Below the pieces are notes generated by a model, which was not told where the DNA came from, made no database searches, and saw nothing but the letters and a program-made list of their open reading frames with translations. Below, one piece after another: positions 46,243 to 56,591 of a stretch of DNA of 64,000 bases. The position numbers and the translations under genes are program-made. Source of the stretch: Oscillospiraceae bacterium (GTDB lineage Bacteria; Bacillota; Clostridia; Oscillospirales; Oscillospiraceae); the NCBI GenBank assembly GCA_009781515.1, contig WQXY01000005.1:8210-72209 (forward strand), read 5' to 3'. Numbering within the stretch: position 1 is the first letter of the stretch; every line of letters begins with the position of its first letter.

Positions 46243-47685
46243 ATGCCGAGAAAGAAAAAAATGAAAATCCTCAATGCAGTTTCAGAGGTTGTGCCATTTA
46301 TGGCTACAGGCGGTATGGGACAGGTTGCAGGTGCTCTTGCATCTTCTCTTGCCGAAAACGACAAGTCCTTGGACATTCGTATAGTCGCACCACTGTATGC
46401 CCGTTTTAGAAGCAAGTATGAGCCGCAAATGAAGTTTCTTGGTGCCACGGAGGTTACGCTCGCATGGCGGACACTTTACTGCGGAGTTTACGAGCTTGCT
46501 CAAGACGGAGTAACGTACTATTTCATCGATAACAGGCGTTATTTTGACCGCGAAGATGCCTATGGTTATGTTGATGACGGCGAAAGATTTGCGTTTTTCT
46601 CAAAAGCGGTTTTTGCCGCGATTGAAATCACAAAGTTTATGCCGGATGTCATTCACACGCATGACTGGCAGACAGCACTTGTGCCGATTTACTTAAAGAC
46701 GCATTTTGGCGGTAAGTACAGCGGCATCAGAACCGTTTTCACCATTCACAACATGGAATATCAAGGACAAATGCCGCCCGATATAATGCATGATGTTTTT
46801 GATATCGCCGAAAAAGACGTCAACATTGTCTGGTATGATAAGTGCATTAACCTAATGAAAGGCGCGATTGTATGTGCCGATAAGGTCACAACCGTCAGTC
46901 CGTCTTATGCAGATGAAATTCAAATCTCAGGCGGCTACGGGCTTGAGCCGATTATCAGAGAAAATGCCTACAAACTCAGTGGCATTATCAACGGTATCGA
47001 CACCAAAACATATGACCCGGAAACCGACCCGCTCCTTGGCAAAAACACCTACTCTGCAGAAAATCTTAAAGGCAAAAAAGCAAATAAGAAAAAGCTGCAA
47101 GCTTTCTTTAAGCTGCCGAACGCACCTCAAAAGATGCTTATTTGCATTGTTTCAAGACTTGTTTCACATAAAGGTATCGACCTGATTACGTTCCTTTTAG
47201 ACGACCTTCTTAAACTTGACGTCCAGTTTTTACTGCTTGGAACAGGCGAACATTCATATGAATTATTCTTTGAGGATAAAGCAATTCATCATCCCGACAA
47301 GGTTGCAGTCAGCATCGCATACAACCCCGACATAGCGGGTATGATATATGCCGGAGCCGATGTGCTGCTTATGCCCTCACGCAGCGAGCCATGCGGACTT
47401 GCTCAGATGATAGCATGCCGCTACGGAACTATTCCGATTGTCCGCCACACGGGCGGTCTCGGCGATACAATCCACGACTGCCGCCTCGGCGACGGCAACG
47501 GATTTGTCTTTGAAGACTATAATACACGTGCGCTTATGGATACAATATTCAGTGCACTCGATTTATACACAAACCACGAGGAAGACTGGAGCAACCTTGT
47601 CCGCAAGGCAATGAGCCTTGACTTTGGTTGGCAAAAATCCGCACGCGACTACAGCAATTTATATAGGGAATTAGAAAGCAAGTAA
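46243..47685 (+). CDS. glgA: glycogen synthase (ADP-glucose type)
   Basis: KILNAVSEVVPFMATGGMGQV, HTHDWQTAL, PSRSEPCGL. AAAGGGGG lies 7 nt before the ATG at 46243. Confidence 0.93.
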   Translation: MPRKKKMKILNAVSEVVPFMATGGMGQVAGALASSLAENDKSLDIRIVAPLYARFRSKYEPQMKFLGATEVTLAWRTLYCGVYELAQDGVTYYFIDNRRYFDREDAYGYVDDGERFAFFSKAVFAAIEITKFMPDVIHTHDWQTALVPIYLKTHFGGKYSGIRTVFTIHNMEYQGQMPPDIMHDVFDIAEKDVNIVWYDKCINLMKGAIVCADKVTTVSPSYADEIQISGGYGLEPIIRENAYKLSGIINGIDTKTYDPETDPLLGKNTYSAENLKGKKANKKKLQAFFKLPNAPQKMLICIVSRLVSHKGIDLITFLLDDLLKLDVQFLLLGTGEHSYELFFEDKAIHHPDKVAVSIAYNPDIAGMIYAGADVLLMPSRSEPCGLAQMIACRYGTIPIVRHTGGLGDTIHDCRLGDGNGFVFEDYNTRALMDTIFSALDLYTNHEEDWSNLVRKAMSLDFGWQKSARDYSNLYRELESK

Positions 47686-47687
47686 GT

Positions 47688-49502
47688 ATGTATATCTTTG
47701 ACGAAAATGATATTTTCCACAGAAGCCCCTACGGTGCAGTCGAAACACCGGGTACTTTGACCCTTCAAATCAAACTGATGCGTGGTATGGCGTCAAATCC
47801 GCGAGTTTGCCTTTATCCCGATGGTGGTGACAAACGCGAGATTTCTATGGGCTATGACCATGCTTTGGGAAGCTATGATGTCTATAAGGCTATAATCAGC
47901 TTTGATTTGCCCGGTTTGTTTTGGTATCATTTTCTGATTAGTTCTTCTAACAATACAACATTTTCTGTTCCCGAACTTGCAGGCAGCAGCTTTCAAATAA
48001 CGGTTTATAAGCCCGAAAGTGATAATCCCGACTGGATACACGGCGGAGTAATTTATCATATCTTTGTCGACCGCTTTGCAAGTGACGGCAATCCGAAGCT
48101 CGCTCCCGGAGCAGTGCACAGGGCAGATTGGGGCGGCTGTCCGTATTTTCTGCCGGACGAAAGGGGTATTGTGAAAAACAATGACTTCTTCGGCGGAAAT
48201 TTATACGGCGTTATCGAGAAGCTGCCTTATCTTGAGGAACTTGGTGTTACCTGCATTTATCTGAGCCCCGTTTTTGAGGCGGACTCAAATCATAAATACG
48301 ACACGAGCGACTTTATGAAAGTCGACGAAGCCTTCGGCGGCGACGAAGCTCTTGAGAAGCTTTGTAAAAAAGCCGGAAAAATTGGTATCAAGGTAATTTT
48401 GGACGGTGTGTTTAACCATGTCGGAAGCGACAGTTTATATTTTAACCGGTACGGTCGATACGACAGCCTCGGTGCATATCAGGACAGACATCACTCTCCA
48501 TATAAGGACTGGTTCACATTCCGCGACGACGGCACATATGATGCATGGTGGGGCATTGAGCTTTTACCTGCAGTCAACAGCAACGCTGAAAGCTACAAGA
48601 ACTTTTTATGTAATAAAGACGGAGTGATTGCACATTGGATGAAGCGTGGCGTTGCAGGCTGGCGCCTTGACGTTGTTGATGAAATCCCCGATGTTCTTTT
48701 AGACCCGCTGTGTGCGGCAATGAGACGGGAAGACAAAAACGTGTTCATAACAGGCGAGGTCTGGGAAGATGCATCACATAAAATAGCCTACAGTGTCAGG
48801 CGGCGGTATTTCCAAGGCGGTCAGCTCCATAGCGTGACGAACTACCCGTTAAAAGACGCAATAATCTGTTACTTAATTGACGGTGATATAAACAAGCTTA
48901 CCACAACAATGGCATCACTATGCAGAAACTATCCCGAAAATGTACTAAACTCACTGATGAATATCATCGGAACACATGACACAATGCGGATACTGACAGT
49001 TCTCAGCGGTGCTCATACCCCCGACAACAAACCCGCAATGTCGCATTTTAAGCTAAATGACGAGCAAATCAGCCTCGGGAAAAAACGTCTTCGCCTCGCA
49101 GCGGCACTGCAATTCACACTACCCGGTGTACCCTGCGTATATTACGGAGACGAAGCCGGAATGGAAGGCTGCATTGACCCGTTCAACAGGATTTGCTATC
49201 CATGGGGACATGAGGATTTAGAGCTCATTTCATGGTATAAGCAGCTATCAAAAATACGAAAAGAAAACAGCGCATTTAAAGACGGACCATACACGCTGAT
49301 TGAAGCACGCGACGGGCTTTTTGCCTTCACTCGCGGCATAGGAAAAGAGCGTGTCTTAATAGCGGTCAACGCATCAGATTTTGACAAAACCATTAACGCA
49401 TCAGATTTTTGTTATGATTTACTCCAAGACAACAATGCTGATACCCAAGGAAAAAACATGTTGGAAATTAAAGCAAGCGAGGTTGGTATTTTTAGATGTT
49501 AG
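47688..49502 (+). CDS. GH13 alpha-glycosidase (neopullulanase/cyclomaltodextrinase/amylopullulanase-like)
   Basis: GH13 regions: DGVFNHV, GWRLDVVDE, GEVWED, IGTHD. Confidence 0.85.
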   Translation: MYIFDENDIFHRSPYGAVETPGTLTLQIKLMRGMASNPRVCLYPDGGDKREISMGYDHALGSYDVYKAIISFDLPGLFWYHFLISSSNNTTFSVPELAGSSFQITVYKPESDNPDWIHGGVIYHIFVDRFASDGNPKLAPGAVHRADWGGCPYFLPDERGIVKNNDFFGGNLYGVIEKLPYLEELGVTCIYLSPVFEADSNHKYDTSDFMKVDEAFGGDEALEKLCKKAGKIGIKVILDGVFNHVGSDSLYFNRYGRYDSLGAYQDRHHSPYKDWFTFRDDGTYDAWWGIELLPAVNSNAESYKNFLCNKDGVIAHWMKRGVAGWRLDVVDEIPDVLLDPLCAAMRREDKNVFITGEVWEDASHKIAYSVRRRYFQGGQLHSVTNYPLKDAIICYLIDGDINKLTTTMASLCRNYPENVLNSLMNIIGTHDTMRILTVLSGAHTPDNKPAMSHFKLNDEQISLGKKRLRLAAALQFTLPGVPCVYYGDEAGMEGCIDPFNRICYPWGHEDLELISWYKQLSKIRKENSAFKDGPYTLIEARDGLFAFTRGIGKERVLIAVNASDFDKTINASDFCYDLLQDNNADTQGKNMLEIKASEVGIFRC

Positions 49503-51976
49503 ATTTAAAAGGAAGTAAAAAGAAAAGTAAAAAGGACCATTTCCCGTCAATGAATTACAGCGACAAGGATATTTTTTCTATGCTGTTTCTCGACAAACTC
49601 GAGGTGTTGCGTGGAATAACAATCGACGACGCTACGGTTGATGATTGTTATGTGGCACTTGCTTCACTCATTAGAGACCAGATTATGAAGCAATGGACAA
49701 GAAGTGGTGCAAGTACATATAAAAACGATGATAAAAAGAAGCAGGTCTATTATTTCTCATTGGAATTCCTTCTCGGACCGATGCTTGAGAGAAACATCAT
49801 GTCACTCGGTCTTATGGACGTTTGTAACGAAGCACTGAGTGCTCTCGGGCTTGACCCGCAGGAAATATACGCTGTTGAGCTCGACCCGGGGCTTGGTAAC
49901 GGCGGTCTCGGCAGGCTTGCCGCATGTTTCTTGGACTCTCTCGCATTTTTGGGTATTCCCGGAAACGGCTGCTCAATTCGTTATAAATACGGTTTGTTCG
50001 AGCAAAAAATTGTTGACGGGCATCAGGTTGAAATGCCCGATAACTGGCTCAAAAACGAGTCCGTATGGGAGGTTAAAAAACCCCATAAGGCAGTTATGAT
50101 TAAATATTACGGTAATATCCGTGAGGAAGTCAACGGAAACAGAATATGGTTCCACCATGAAAACTATGACTCTGTCATTGCAATGCCCTATGACGTGCCA
50201 ATCCCCGGACATGAAAACGGTACAGTCAACACACTGCGGCTTTGGAGTGCAGAAGCAACCCAACAGTTTGACTACAGTTCGTTTTCAAGCGGCGATTATC
50301 TCAATGCCGTTTCTCTCAAATACTCGGCAGAAGCGATTTCCGAAGTTCTCTATCCCGACGACTCCAACTATGAAAACCGTATGCTCCGTCTCAAGCAGCA
50401 ATACTTCTTTGTTTCAGCCGGACTTCAAAGCATAATCACACACTACAAAAAACACTACGGCAATATCAGACATCTTCACAAGCATATTTCAATACATATT
50501 AACGACACACATCCGGCTCTTGCCGTGCCTGAACTTATGCGTCTTTTAATGGACGAAGAAGGTCTCGGCTGGAACGAAGCTTGGGATATCACCGTTCAAA
50601 CAATATCATATACAAACCACACAATACTCCCCGAGGCACTTGAGCGTTGGCCCGAAAGCTCTTTTGCACATCTGCTCCCGCGTGTACACATGATTGTAAG
50701 AGAAATTAACGAACGTTGGTGTCAGGTGCTTGCCGAGCATTATCACGGTGATATGGGCAAGGTTTCAAGCATGGCAATCATAAATCACGGCGAGATTTCC
50801 ATGGCATTTCTTTCGATTGTCGGCTCTCATTCAATCAACGGTGTCGCAAGAGTTCACAGCGAAATCTTAAAAAATGAATTGTTCCGTGATTTTTATGAAA
50901 TATTCCCCGACCGTTTTAACAATAAAACAAACGGCATAACACACAGAAGATGGGTACTTAAAGCAAATCCGAAGCTTAGCGACCTTATTTCCGAAACAAT
51001 CGGCGACGGCTGGATAACCGAACCTTTAAAGCTTGAGCTTCTTGATAAAAAAGGAGCTGTCAGAGACAAGGCATTTTGGGGTAAAATGCGCGAGATTAAG
51101 CGTTATAACAAAATCCAACTCGCAAAAATCATTCAGGACTGTAACGGTATCACAGTAAATCCGGACTCGGTTTTTGACGTGCAGGTAAAAAGAATTCATG
51201 CGTATAAGCGTCAGCTTCTGCTGCTGCTTGAAATTATTGACCTGTATTATGATTTGCTCGATAATCCGAACACTGATTTTACTCCAAGAACCTTTATACT
51301 CGCAGGTAAAGCAGCCCCGAGTTATCACTTCGCCAAGGAAATTATCAAGTTCACATCGGTTATTGGTGACAGAATTAATAATGACCCGAGGGTCAGAGAC
51401 CTGATTAAGGTTGTTTTCCTCGAAAATTACCGTGTTTCTCTCGCCGAAAAGATTTTCCCTGCTACCGATGTCAGCGAACAAATATCCACAGCCAGTATGG
51501 AAGCGTCCGGCACGGGTAACATGAAGTTCATGATGAACGGCGCCGTAACAATCGGAACATACGACGGTGCGAACATTGAGATATTCGAAGCAGTCGGCAA
51601 AGAAAACTATGTATCTTTCGGACTTACCGTTCCCGAAGTCTTTGACCTTCGCCGGAGCGGCAGCTACAACAGCCGTGACTTCTTGTCAGACCACAAGCGT
51701 TTGAAGCGTATAGTGCATGATTTCATCAATTCCGATTGGAAAGACGCCCTAAAGGCCGATTTCCCCTACATCTTTGACTCTTTGATAACTCACAATGATG
51801 AATTCTTTGTACTTAAAGACTTCGATGCATATGTTGACGCACAAATAAAGATATCAACCTTGTATAAAGATACAGACAGATGGTCTCATATGGCAGCAAT
51901 GAATATTGCACATTCGGGAATTTTCTCAAGTGATGAGGTTATAAAGAAGTACGCGACCGATATCTGGCATGTGTAG
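49496..51976 (+). CDS. glgP: glycogen/maltodextrin phosphorylase
   Basis: LGNGGLGRLAACFLDS and EASGTGNMKFMMNG (PLP lysine motif). Confidence 0.94.
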   Translation: MLDLKGSKKKSKKDHFPSMNYSDKDIFSMLFLDKLEVLRGITIDDATVDDCYVALASLIRDQIMKQWTRSGASTYKNDDKKKQVYYFSLEFLLGPMLERNIMSLGLMDVCNEALSALGLDPQEIYAVELDPGLGNGGLGRLAACFLDSLAFLGIPGNGCSIRYKYGLFEQKIVDGHQVEMPDNWLKNESVWEVKKPHKAVMIKYYGNIREEVNGNRIWFHHENYDSVIAMPYDVPIPGHENGTVNTLRLWSAEATQQFDYSSFSSGDYLNAVSLKYSAEAISEVLYPDDSNYENRMLRLKQQYFFVSAGLQSIITHYKKHYGNIRHLHKHISIHINDTHPALAVPELMRLLMDEEGLGWNEAWDITVQTISYTNHTILPEALERWPESSFAHLLPRVHMIVREINERWCQVLAEHYHGDMGKVSSMAIINHGEISMAFLSIVGSHSINGVARVHSEILKNELFRDFYEIFPDRFNNKTNGITHRRWVLKANPKLSDLISETIGDGWITEPLKLELLDKKGAVRDKAFWGKMREIKRYNKIQLAKIIQDCNGITVNPDSVFDVQVKRIHAYKRQLLLLLEIIDLYYDLLDNPNTDFTPRTFILAGKAAPSYHFAKEIIKFTSVIGDRINNDPRVRDLIKVVFLENYRVSLAEKIFPATDVSEQISTASMEASGTGNMKFMMNGAVTIGTYDGANIEIFEAVGKENYVSFGLTVPEVFDLRRSGSYNSRDFLSDHKRLKRIVHDFINSDWKDALKADFPYIFDSLITHNDEFFVLKDFDAYVDAQIKISTLYKDTDRWSHMAAMNIAHSGIFSSDEVIKKYATDIWHV

Positions 51977-52017
51977 CAGTTGCAAAAGTTCTAATTTATG
52001 AGTGAGGTGTTATTATA

Positions 52018-53589
52018 ATGCTAAGTCGTAAGTTCCCTCGTTCTTCGGGTATTCTAATGCCTATAACATCGCTCCACGGACCCTTCGGAATTGGAGTTTT
52101 AGGTGCCGAAGCTTATGAGTTCATCGATTTTCTGTGCGATGCAGGCTTTCATGCATGGCAAATTCTGCCTGTCGAGCACACGGGCATGTGTAATTCACCA
52201 TATAAGTGCATATCTGCATTTGCAGGCGAGCCTACTCTTATTGACCCGCGGTTACTGCTCGAAATGGGTCTTGTCAATGAAGATGAGCTCTCGGAGCGTA
52301 GAGACGGGGTCAGTGATTTATATGTCGAATATGATATAGTTCGCCAAAAACAATGGCAGCTGCTCAAAACTGCATTCTCACGTGTGCAGGACGGGGCATA
52401 TAAGGAGTTTAACCCATTCTGGTTTGAGGAATATTCCCTGTATATGTCCATTAAGCAGCATTTTGATTATAAGCCTTGGTATGACTGGCCTGACGACGGT
52501 TTAAGAAGCCATGACAAAGCGGCGGTTAAGGAGTTTCGCGAGAGAAATTTAAGCGAGATAGAGTTTCATAGGTTTGTTCAATGGATTTTTGACAAACAGT
52601 GGACTAAGTTGCGCGAATATGCCGCACAGCGTGGCGTTTCCCTCATCGGCGACATGCCTATCTATGTGTCTGAAAATTCGGCTGAGGTCTGGAGCAGACG
52701 CGAGCTTTTTGATGCGGATGCAAACGGTAATTTCGCTGCAATCGGCGGAGTTCCTCCCGATTACTTCACTCCGGACGGTCAGTGCTGGGGCAATCCCATT
52801 TATAACTGGAAGCTTCTCGAAAAAGAAAATTATACATGGTGGGTTAACCGCTTGACAGCTATCCTAAAAAGATATGATGTAGTACGCCTTGACCATTTTC
52901 GTGCCTTTGACAGCTATTGGCGTATTCCCGGCGGCTCAGATACCGCACGTAACGGCAAATGGATACCGGGACCCGGCATGTCATTGTTCAAAGCATTAAA
53001 AAAAGCTCTCGGCGACCTGTCACTCACTGTAATTGCAGAGGATTTAGGCATTATAGACAGTGATGTCGAAGCACTTCTCAAAGAAACAGGACTTCGCGGT
53101 ATGCGTGTATTGCAATTTGGCTTCTTGGGCGACCCCTTGCATCTGCCGCACAACTTCCCCGAAGAGTCTGTCGCATATACGGGCACACATGACAATACAA
53201 CACTGCTTGCATGGATATTCTCGCTCGATGCGGAAGACCGCAAAAAAGCGCTGTTTTACAGCGGTTTTGAGGGCGACTGGTATATCGGCGGTCCAAACTG
53301 CGAGGTTGTAAAGTCATGGATGCGTACATTATTTATGACAACTTCATCACTTGCAATAGTTCCAATTCAGGATTTGCTCGGTTACGGAGCAGACACACGC
53401 ATAAATACCCCCGGCACACCCACAGGAAACTGGCGTTTCCGTATCCGCGAGGGCGTTTTGAGGGATATTGATGCAGGTTATTACAGAGAGCTTCATAAGA
53501 TATATGAAAGACTTGATTTTGTAACGGAATTTGCCGAAGTTCCTGAAGAAGACGAAGTTGAAACCAAGGGTACAGTAATGGAATGGTAA
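52018..53589 (+). CDS. malQ: 4-alpha-glucanotransferase (amylomaltase)
   Basis: SGILMPITSL, RLDHFRAF, IAEDLG and YTGTHDN motifs. Confidence 0.93.
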   Translation: MLSRKFPRSSGILMPITSLHGPFGIGVLGAEAYEFIDFLCDAGFHAWQILPVEHTGMCNSPYKCISAFAGEPTLIDPRLLLEMGLVNEDELSERRDGVSDLYVEYDIVRQKQWQLLKTAFSRVQDGAYKEFNPFWFEEYSLYMSIKQHFDYKPWYDWPDDGLRSHDKAAVKEFRERNLSEIEFHRFVQWIFDKQWTKLREYAAQRGVSLIGDMPIYVSENSAEVWSRRELFDADANGNFAAIGGVPPDYFTPDGQCWGNPIYNWKLLEKENYTWWVNRLTAILKRYDVVRLDHFRAFDSYWRIPGGSDTARNGKWIPGPGMSLFKALKKALGDLSLTVIAEDLGIIDSDVEALLKETGLRGMRVLQFGFLGDPLHLPHNFPEESVAYTGTHDNTTLLAWIFSLDAEDRKKALFYSGFEGDWYIGGPNCEVVKSWMRTLFMTTSSLAIVPIQDLLGYGADTRINTPGTPTGNWRFRIREGVLRDIDAGYYRELHKIYERLDFVTEFAEVPEEDEVETKGTVMEW

Positions 53590-53701
53590 AATTTATGTCC
53601 TCAAAAGCCCTCTTTAGCAAAGAGGGTGCCGTCCGCAGACGGCGGGTGATTTGTTATAACTGTATCGCATTTTACAAGTCACTATTGTAGAATTTACAAT
53701 A

Positions 53702-53777
53702 ACGGGGTGTGGCGCAGTTGGTAGCGCGCCTGGTTTGGGACCAGGAGGCCCTCGGTTCGAGCCCGAGCACTCCGACC
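53702..53777 (+). tRNA. tRNA-Pro (anticodon UGG)
   Basis: Manual cloverleaf fold. The 7-bp acceptor pairs CGGGGTG with CACTCCG. D arm is GCGC-AGTTGGTA-GCGC. Anticodon arm is CCTGG-TTTGGGA-CCAGG. T arm is CTCGG-TTCGAGC-CCGAG. CCA is encoded. Confidence 0.9.
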
Positions 53778-53778
53778 A

Positions 53779-53813
53779 GAAAAATCAAGTGTTCATTATG
53801 AACACTTGATTTT
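53779..53813. terminator. bidirectional terminator after tRNA-Pro / the HD-GYP gene
   Basis: AAAAATCAAGTGTTCA-TTA-TGAACACTTGATTTTT. Confidence 0.75.
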
Positions 53814-53819
53814 TGACTG

Positions 53820-54986
53820 TTACCCCAACTCATCCCCCGCGAAGGCTTCTTTGGCTTTCACGACAAGTGCGGGGTCGAGATGACCGCGCTCTGCCATGCC
53901 GTCTATTATGCCCCAAACTCTCTCAGCCGAAAGACCTGCGCGGTACGGACGGTGCTCTGTGAGTGCCTGATAGACATCACAAATCGCCATTGCGCGCTCA
54001 AGCTCGCTCATACGCTCACCCGGAATACGGTACGGATAACCCGTGCCGTCAATTTTTTCATGGTGATTGGCAGCATACTCAACGATTTTTTCAAACCCCT
54101 CTATTTGCTCTAAAACCTTTCGGGTGTAGTAGGTGTGCTTATTAATTTCGTAACGCTCATCGGGCGAGAGCTTATCTTCCTTATGCAAAATATCTACCGA
54201 CACATCGAGCTTGCCAATATCATGCAAAAGCCCTGCAATGTACATTGTGTCCTGAACCGTTTCATCATAACCCAAATAAGCGGCAAAGAGCTTGGCATGT
54301 TCTGCAATGCCTAACGAATGGGTGTATGTAAACGGGCTTTTTTTGTCGATAATATCAGCAAAACAACGGGCAAACTTGGTAATATCTTCACAATCGTAGT
54401 AAACATCATCATCAATTACTATTTTGCTCGACAGATTAAACTTTGTTTCATGGTTGGAATAATCAAGCAAAAAGGACTCATATTTAAGCAAATCTTCAAA
54501 TGCCGCAACAATTTCTTCCGAGAAATGGCGTTTGTATTTTTCAAGCCACTCCTCCACCTCTAAAAATAAGTCCCTGTTGAAAGTATCAGACTTTTTTCCG
54601 AACTTATCGTCAAAAGCACTGGTAAAGCATATTATCTGCGAACTTACAGGCACCTTTTCAGGTGGTGTATGAAATATTCCCGTACCGTCATTGGTTTCAT
54701 GGTGATAGTATACAATCTCTGCAATATCACCGGGCAGCGGCAGTTTGCTGAGCATTTCCCGCCCGTCAACACAGTGCTGCTCCATTTCATATTTAGTGCT
54801 TAGGGCAATATCATGGAGCAGTGCCGCATAATATAGCTCAATGAGTTTATCTTCGGTAAAGCCGAGCTTTCTGCCAATCATAACAGAAATATAAGCTGTA
54901 CTTTTTGAATGTGACAGATTGTTTTTACCCGCTATATCCAAGGCATATGACAGCCCGAATATAAGTGAATGTCTGCTTGTTCTCAT
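53820..54986 (-). CDS. tandem HD-domain protein with HD-GYP module (c-di-GMP phosphodiesterase family)
   Basis: First domain: LHDIAL...HHETNDGTG. Second domain: LLHDIGKL...HHEKIDGTGYPYR. Confidence 0.8.
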   Translation of the reverse strand: MRTSRHSLIFGLSYALDIAGKNNLSHSKSTAYISVMIGRKLGFTEDKLIELYYAALLHDIALSTKYEMEQHCVDGREMLSKLPLPGDIAEIVYYHHETNDGTGIFHTPPEKVPVSSQIICFTSAFDDKFGKKSDTFNRDLFLEVEEWLEKYKRHFSEEIVAAFEDLLKYESFLLDYSNHETKFNLSSKIVIDDDVYYDCEDITKFARCFADIIDKKSPFTYTHSLGIAEHAKLFAAYLGYDETVQDTMYIAGLLHDIGKLDVSVDILHKEDKLSPDERYEINKHTYYTRKVLEQIEGFEKIVEYAANHHEKIDGTGYPYRIPGERMSELERAMAICDVYQALTEHRPYRAGLSAERVWGIIDGMAERGHLDPALVVKAKEAFAGDELG

Positions 54987-54995
54987 AAATCCCTC

Positions 54996-55937
54996 CTACT
55001 GCTCGTACATACCGCCGCCGATAAATTCGCGTAAAATCGAGTCTGCCGGAACTATTTCCGGGTTCATTTGTTCAAACTCCATAAGTGCGGGATAAACCGA
55101 TTTTAGTTCCTCAAACCGTTTTGTCCCTTCGGGAATTGCTTCAATCGCACCCATTGCAAATTGCTTCATAATAGGCACTTCGTATGCCATTGATGAGTCA
55201 AAGAGCAGGTCTGCTTTATACTTAAACGGAGATATGTGTTTCTTCTCACCGTCGCGCACATTTTCCCACATTTTCAGTGTCGCTCCGGCATCTGTTCCGC
55301 GAAATGAACTGTCACGGACAACTCTGCGAAGCAGCCTCGTCCACGTTCTCTTAAAACAAACCACATTATCACTGACAATATCCGAACGTGCGCTGATATA
55401 AAGCTTAAACGCGTCAGGGTGATCATCTGTGAGCATATCATTAAGCGCATGAATGCCCTCAAAAATGACAATTTCATCTTTTTTGAGCTTGAGCGGCACA
55501 GCCTTGTCCTCATCGCGCTGCTGCAGCTTAAAATTAAAGTGCGGTACTAATACCTCGTTCCCTTTTTCAAGCTCGTGAAAATGCTCATTTAGAAGTGCCA
55601 AGTCAAGGCAAAACGGCGACTCCAAGTCATACTCGCCGTCTACAGTGCGAGGCGCTGTTTCAGGGTCTTGCTCAAAGTAATATTTATCCAAGGACACAGT
55701 ATGAGCATAAATCCCAAGATTGCGGATAGCATCGCAGATTTTTTGTGCGGTTGTGGTTTTTCCTGAGCCTGACGGTCCCGACAAAAATACCACATGGCTT
55801 AAAGCTGTTCTTTCCTGAATACCTGCCGCCGCCTCCATGACCTTTCTGTTATAGATAGCTTCGCACTCTTGCGAGAAACCCTTAGGGTCACTTTTTGCCC
55901 GCCTATTAATTTCTTCAATTTTATATGGATATGGCAT
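54996..55937 (-). CDS. uridine-kinase-family nucleoside kinase
   Basis: P-loop SGPSGSGKTT; IVIFEGIHAL; 313 aa. Confidence 0.65.
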   Translation of the reverse strand: MPYPYKIEEINRRAKSDPKGFSQECEAIYNRKVMEAAAGIQERTALSHVVFLSGPSGSGKTTTAQKICDAIRNLGIYAHTVSLDKYYFEQDPETAPRTVDGEYDLESPFCLDLALLNEHFHELEKGNEVLVPHFNFKLQQRDEDKAVPLKLKKDEIVIFEGIHALNDMLTDDHPDAFKLYISARSDIVSDNVVCFKRTWTRLLRRVVRDSSFRGTDAGATLKMWENVRDGEKKHISPFKYKADLLFDSSMAYEVPIMKQFAMGAIEAIPEGTKRFEELKSVYPALMEFEQMNPEIVPADSILREFIGGGMYEQ

Positions 55938-55973
55938 AAATTCACTCCAATTCGGGCACTTTGATGCCCATAT

Positions 55974-56591
55974 TTATGTTAATTCGCCCGTGGCAATTCT
56001 CATGTCAAGATTATGAGCACGCTGTGCGTCTAATGTTGTCGACTCCTCATGTCCGGGATATACCTCATAGTCACCGTCAAGCTCGGCGAGCCGGTTAAGT
56101 GATTTTAAGATAGTTTCCCTGTTTCCGCCCTCAAGGTCTGTACGTCCGCAATCCCCGTTAAACAAGGTGTCGCCCGTGAACAGAGCATTTTCGCACATAA
56201 TTGTTATCGAACCCGGCGAATGTCCCGGTGTATCAAGTATGATAAACTGCAGACTGCCGACGCTTATGATATCGCCGTCCTTGCAATACCTCATGTTTTC
56301 ATATTCTTCAATCAAATGCCTCTCACGCTGACCGCCGCGGTTAACTTCCGCTTGGTTAATATAAACGGGGACATTAAATGCATCCAATACAGCATCAAGA
56401 GCCATTGAATGGTCAAAATGTCCGTGTGTGATAAATATAACCTCGGGCTTTAGCTTATTTGCTTCGATGTAGTCAAGAATGGTGCTTGACTCTGCACCGG
56501 GGTCAATAATCGCACATTGAAGCGTTTTTTCATCGGTCACTATGTAGCAGTTATTCGCCATCATTCCGACTGTCAGAGTCTTTATTAACAC
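55974..56591 (-). CDS. MBL-fold metallo-hydrolase
   Basis: HGHFDH motif, TPGHSPGS, and the C-terminal His (PGHEE). Confidence 0.85.
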   Translation of the reverse strand: MLIKTLTVGMMANNCYIVTDEKTLQCAIIDPGAESSTILDYIEANKLKPEVIFITHGHFDHSMALDAVLDAFNVPVYINQAEVNRGGQRERHLIEEYENMRYCKDGDIISVGSLQFIILDTPGHSPGSITIMCENALFTGDTLFNGDCGRTDLEGGNRETILKSLNRLAELDGDYEVYPGHEESTTLDAQRAHNLDMRIATGELT

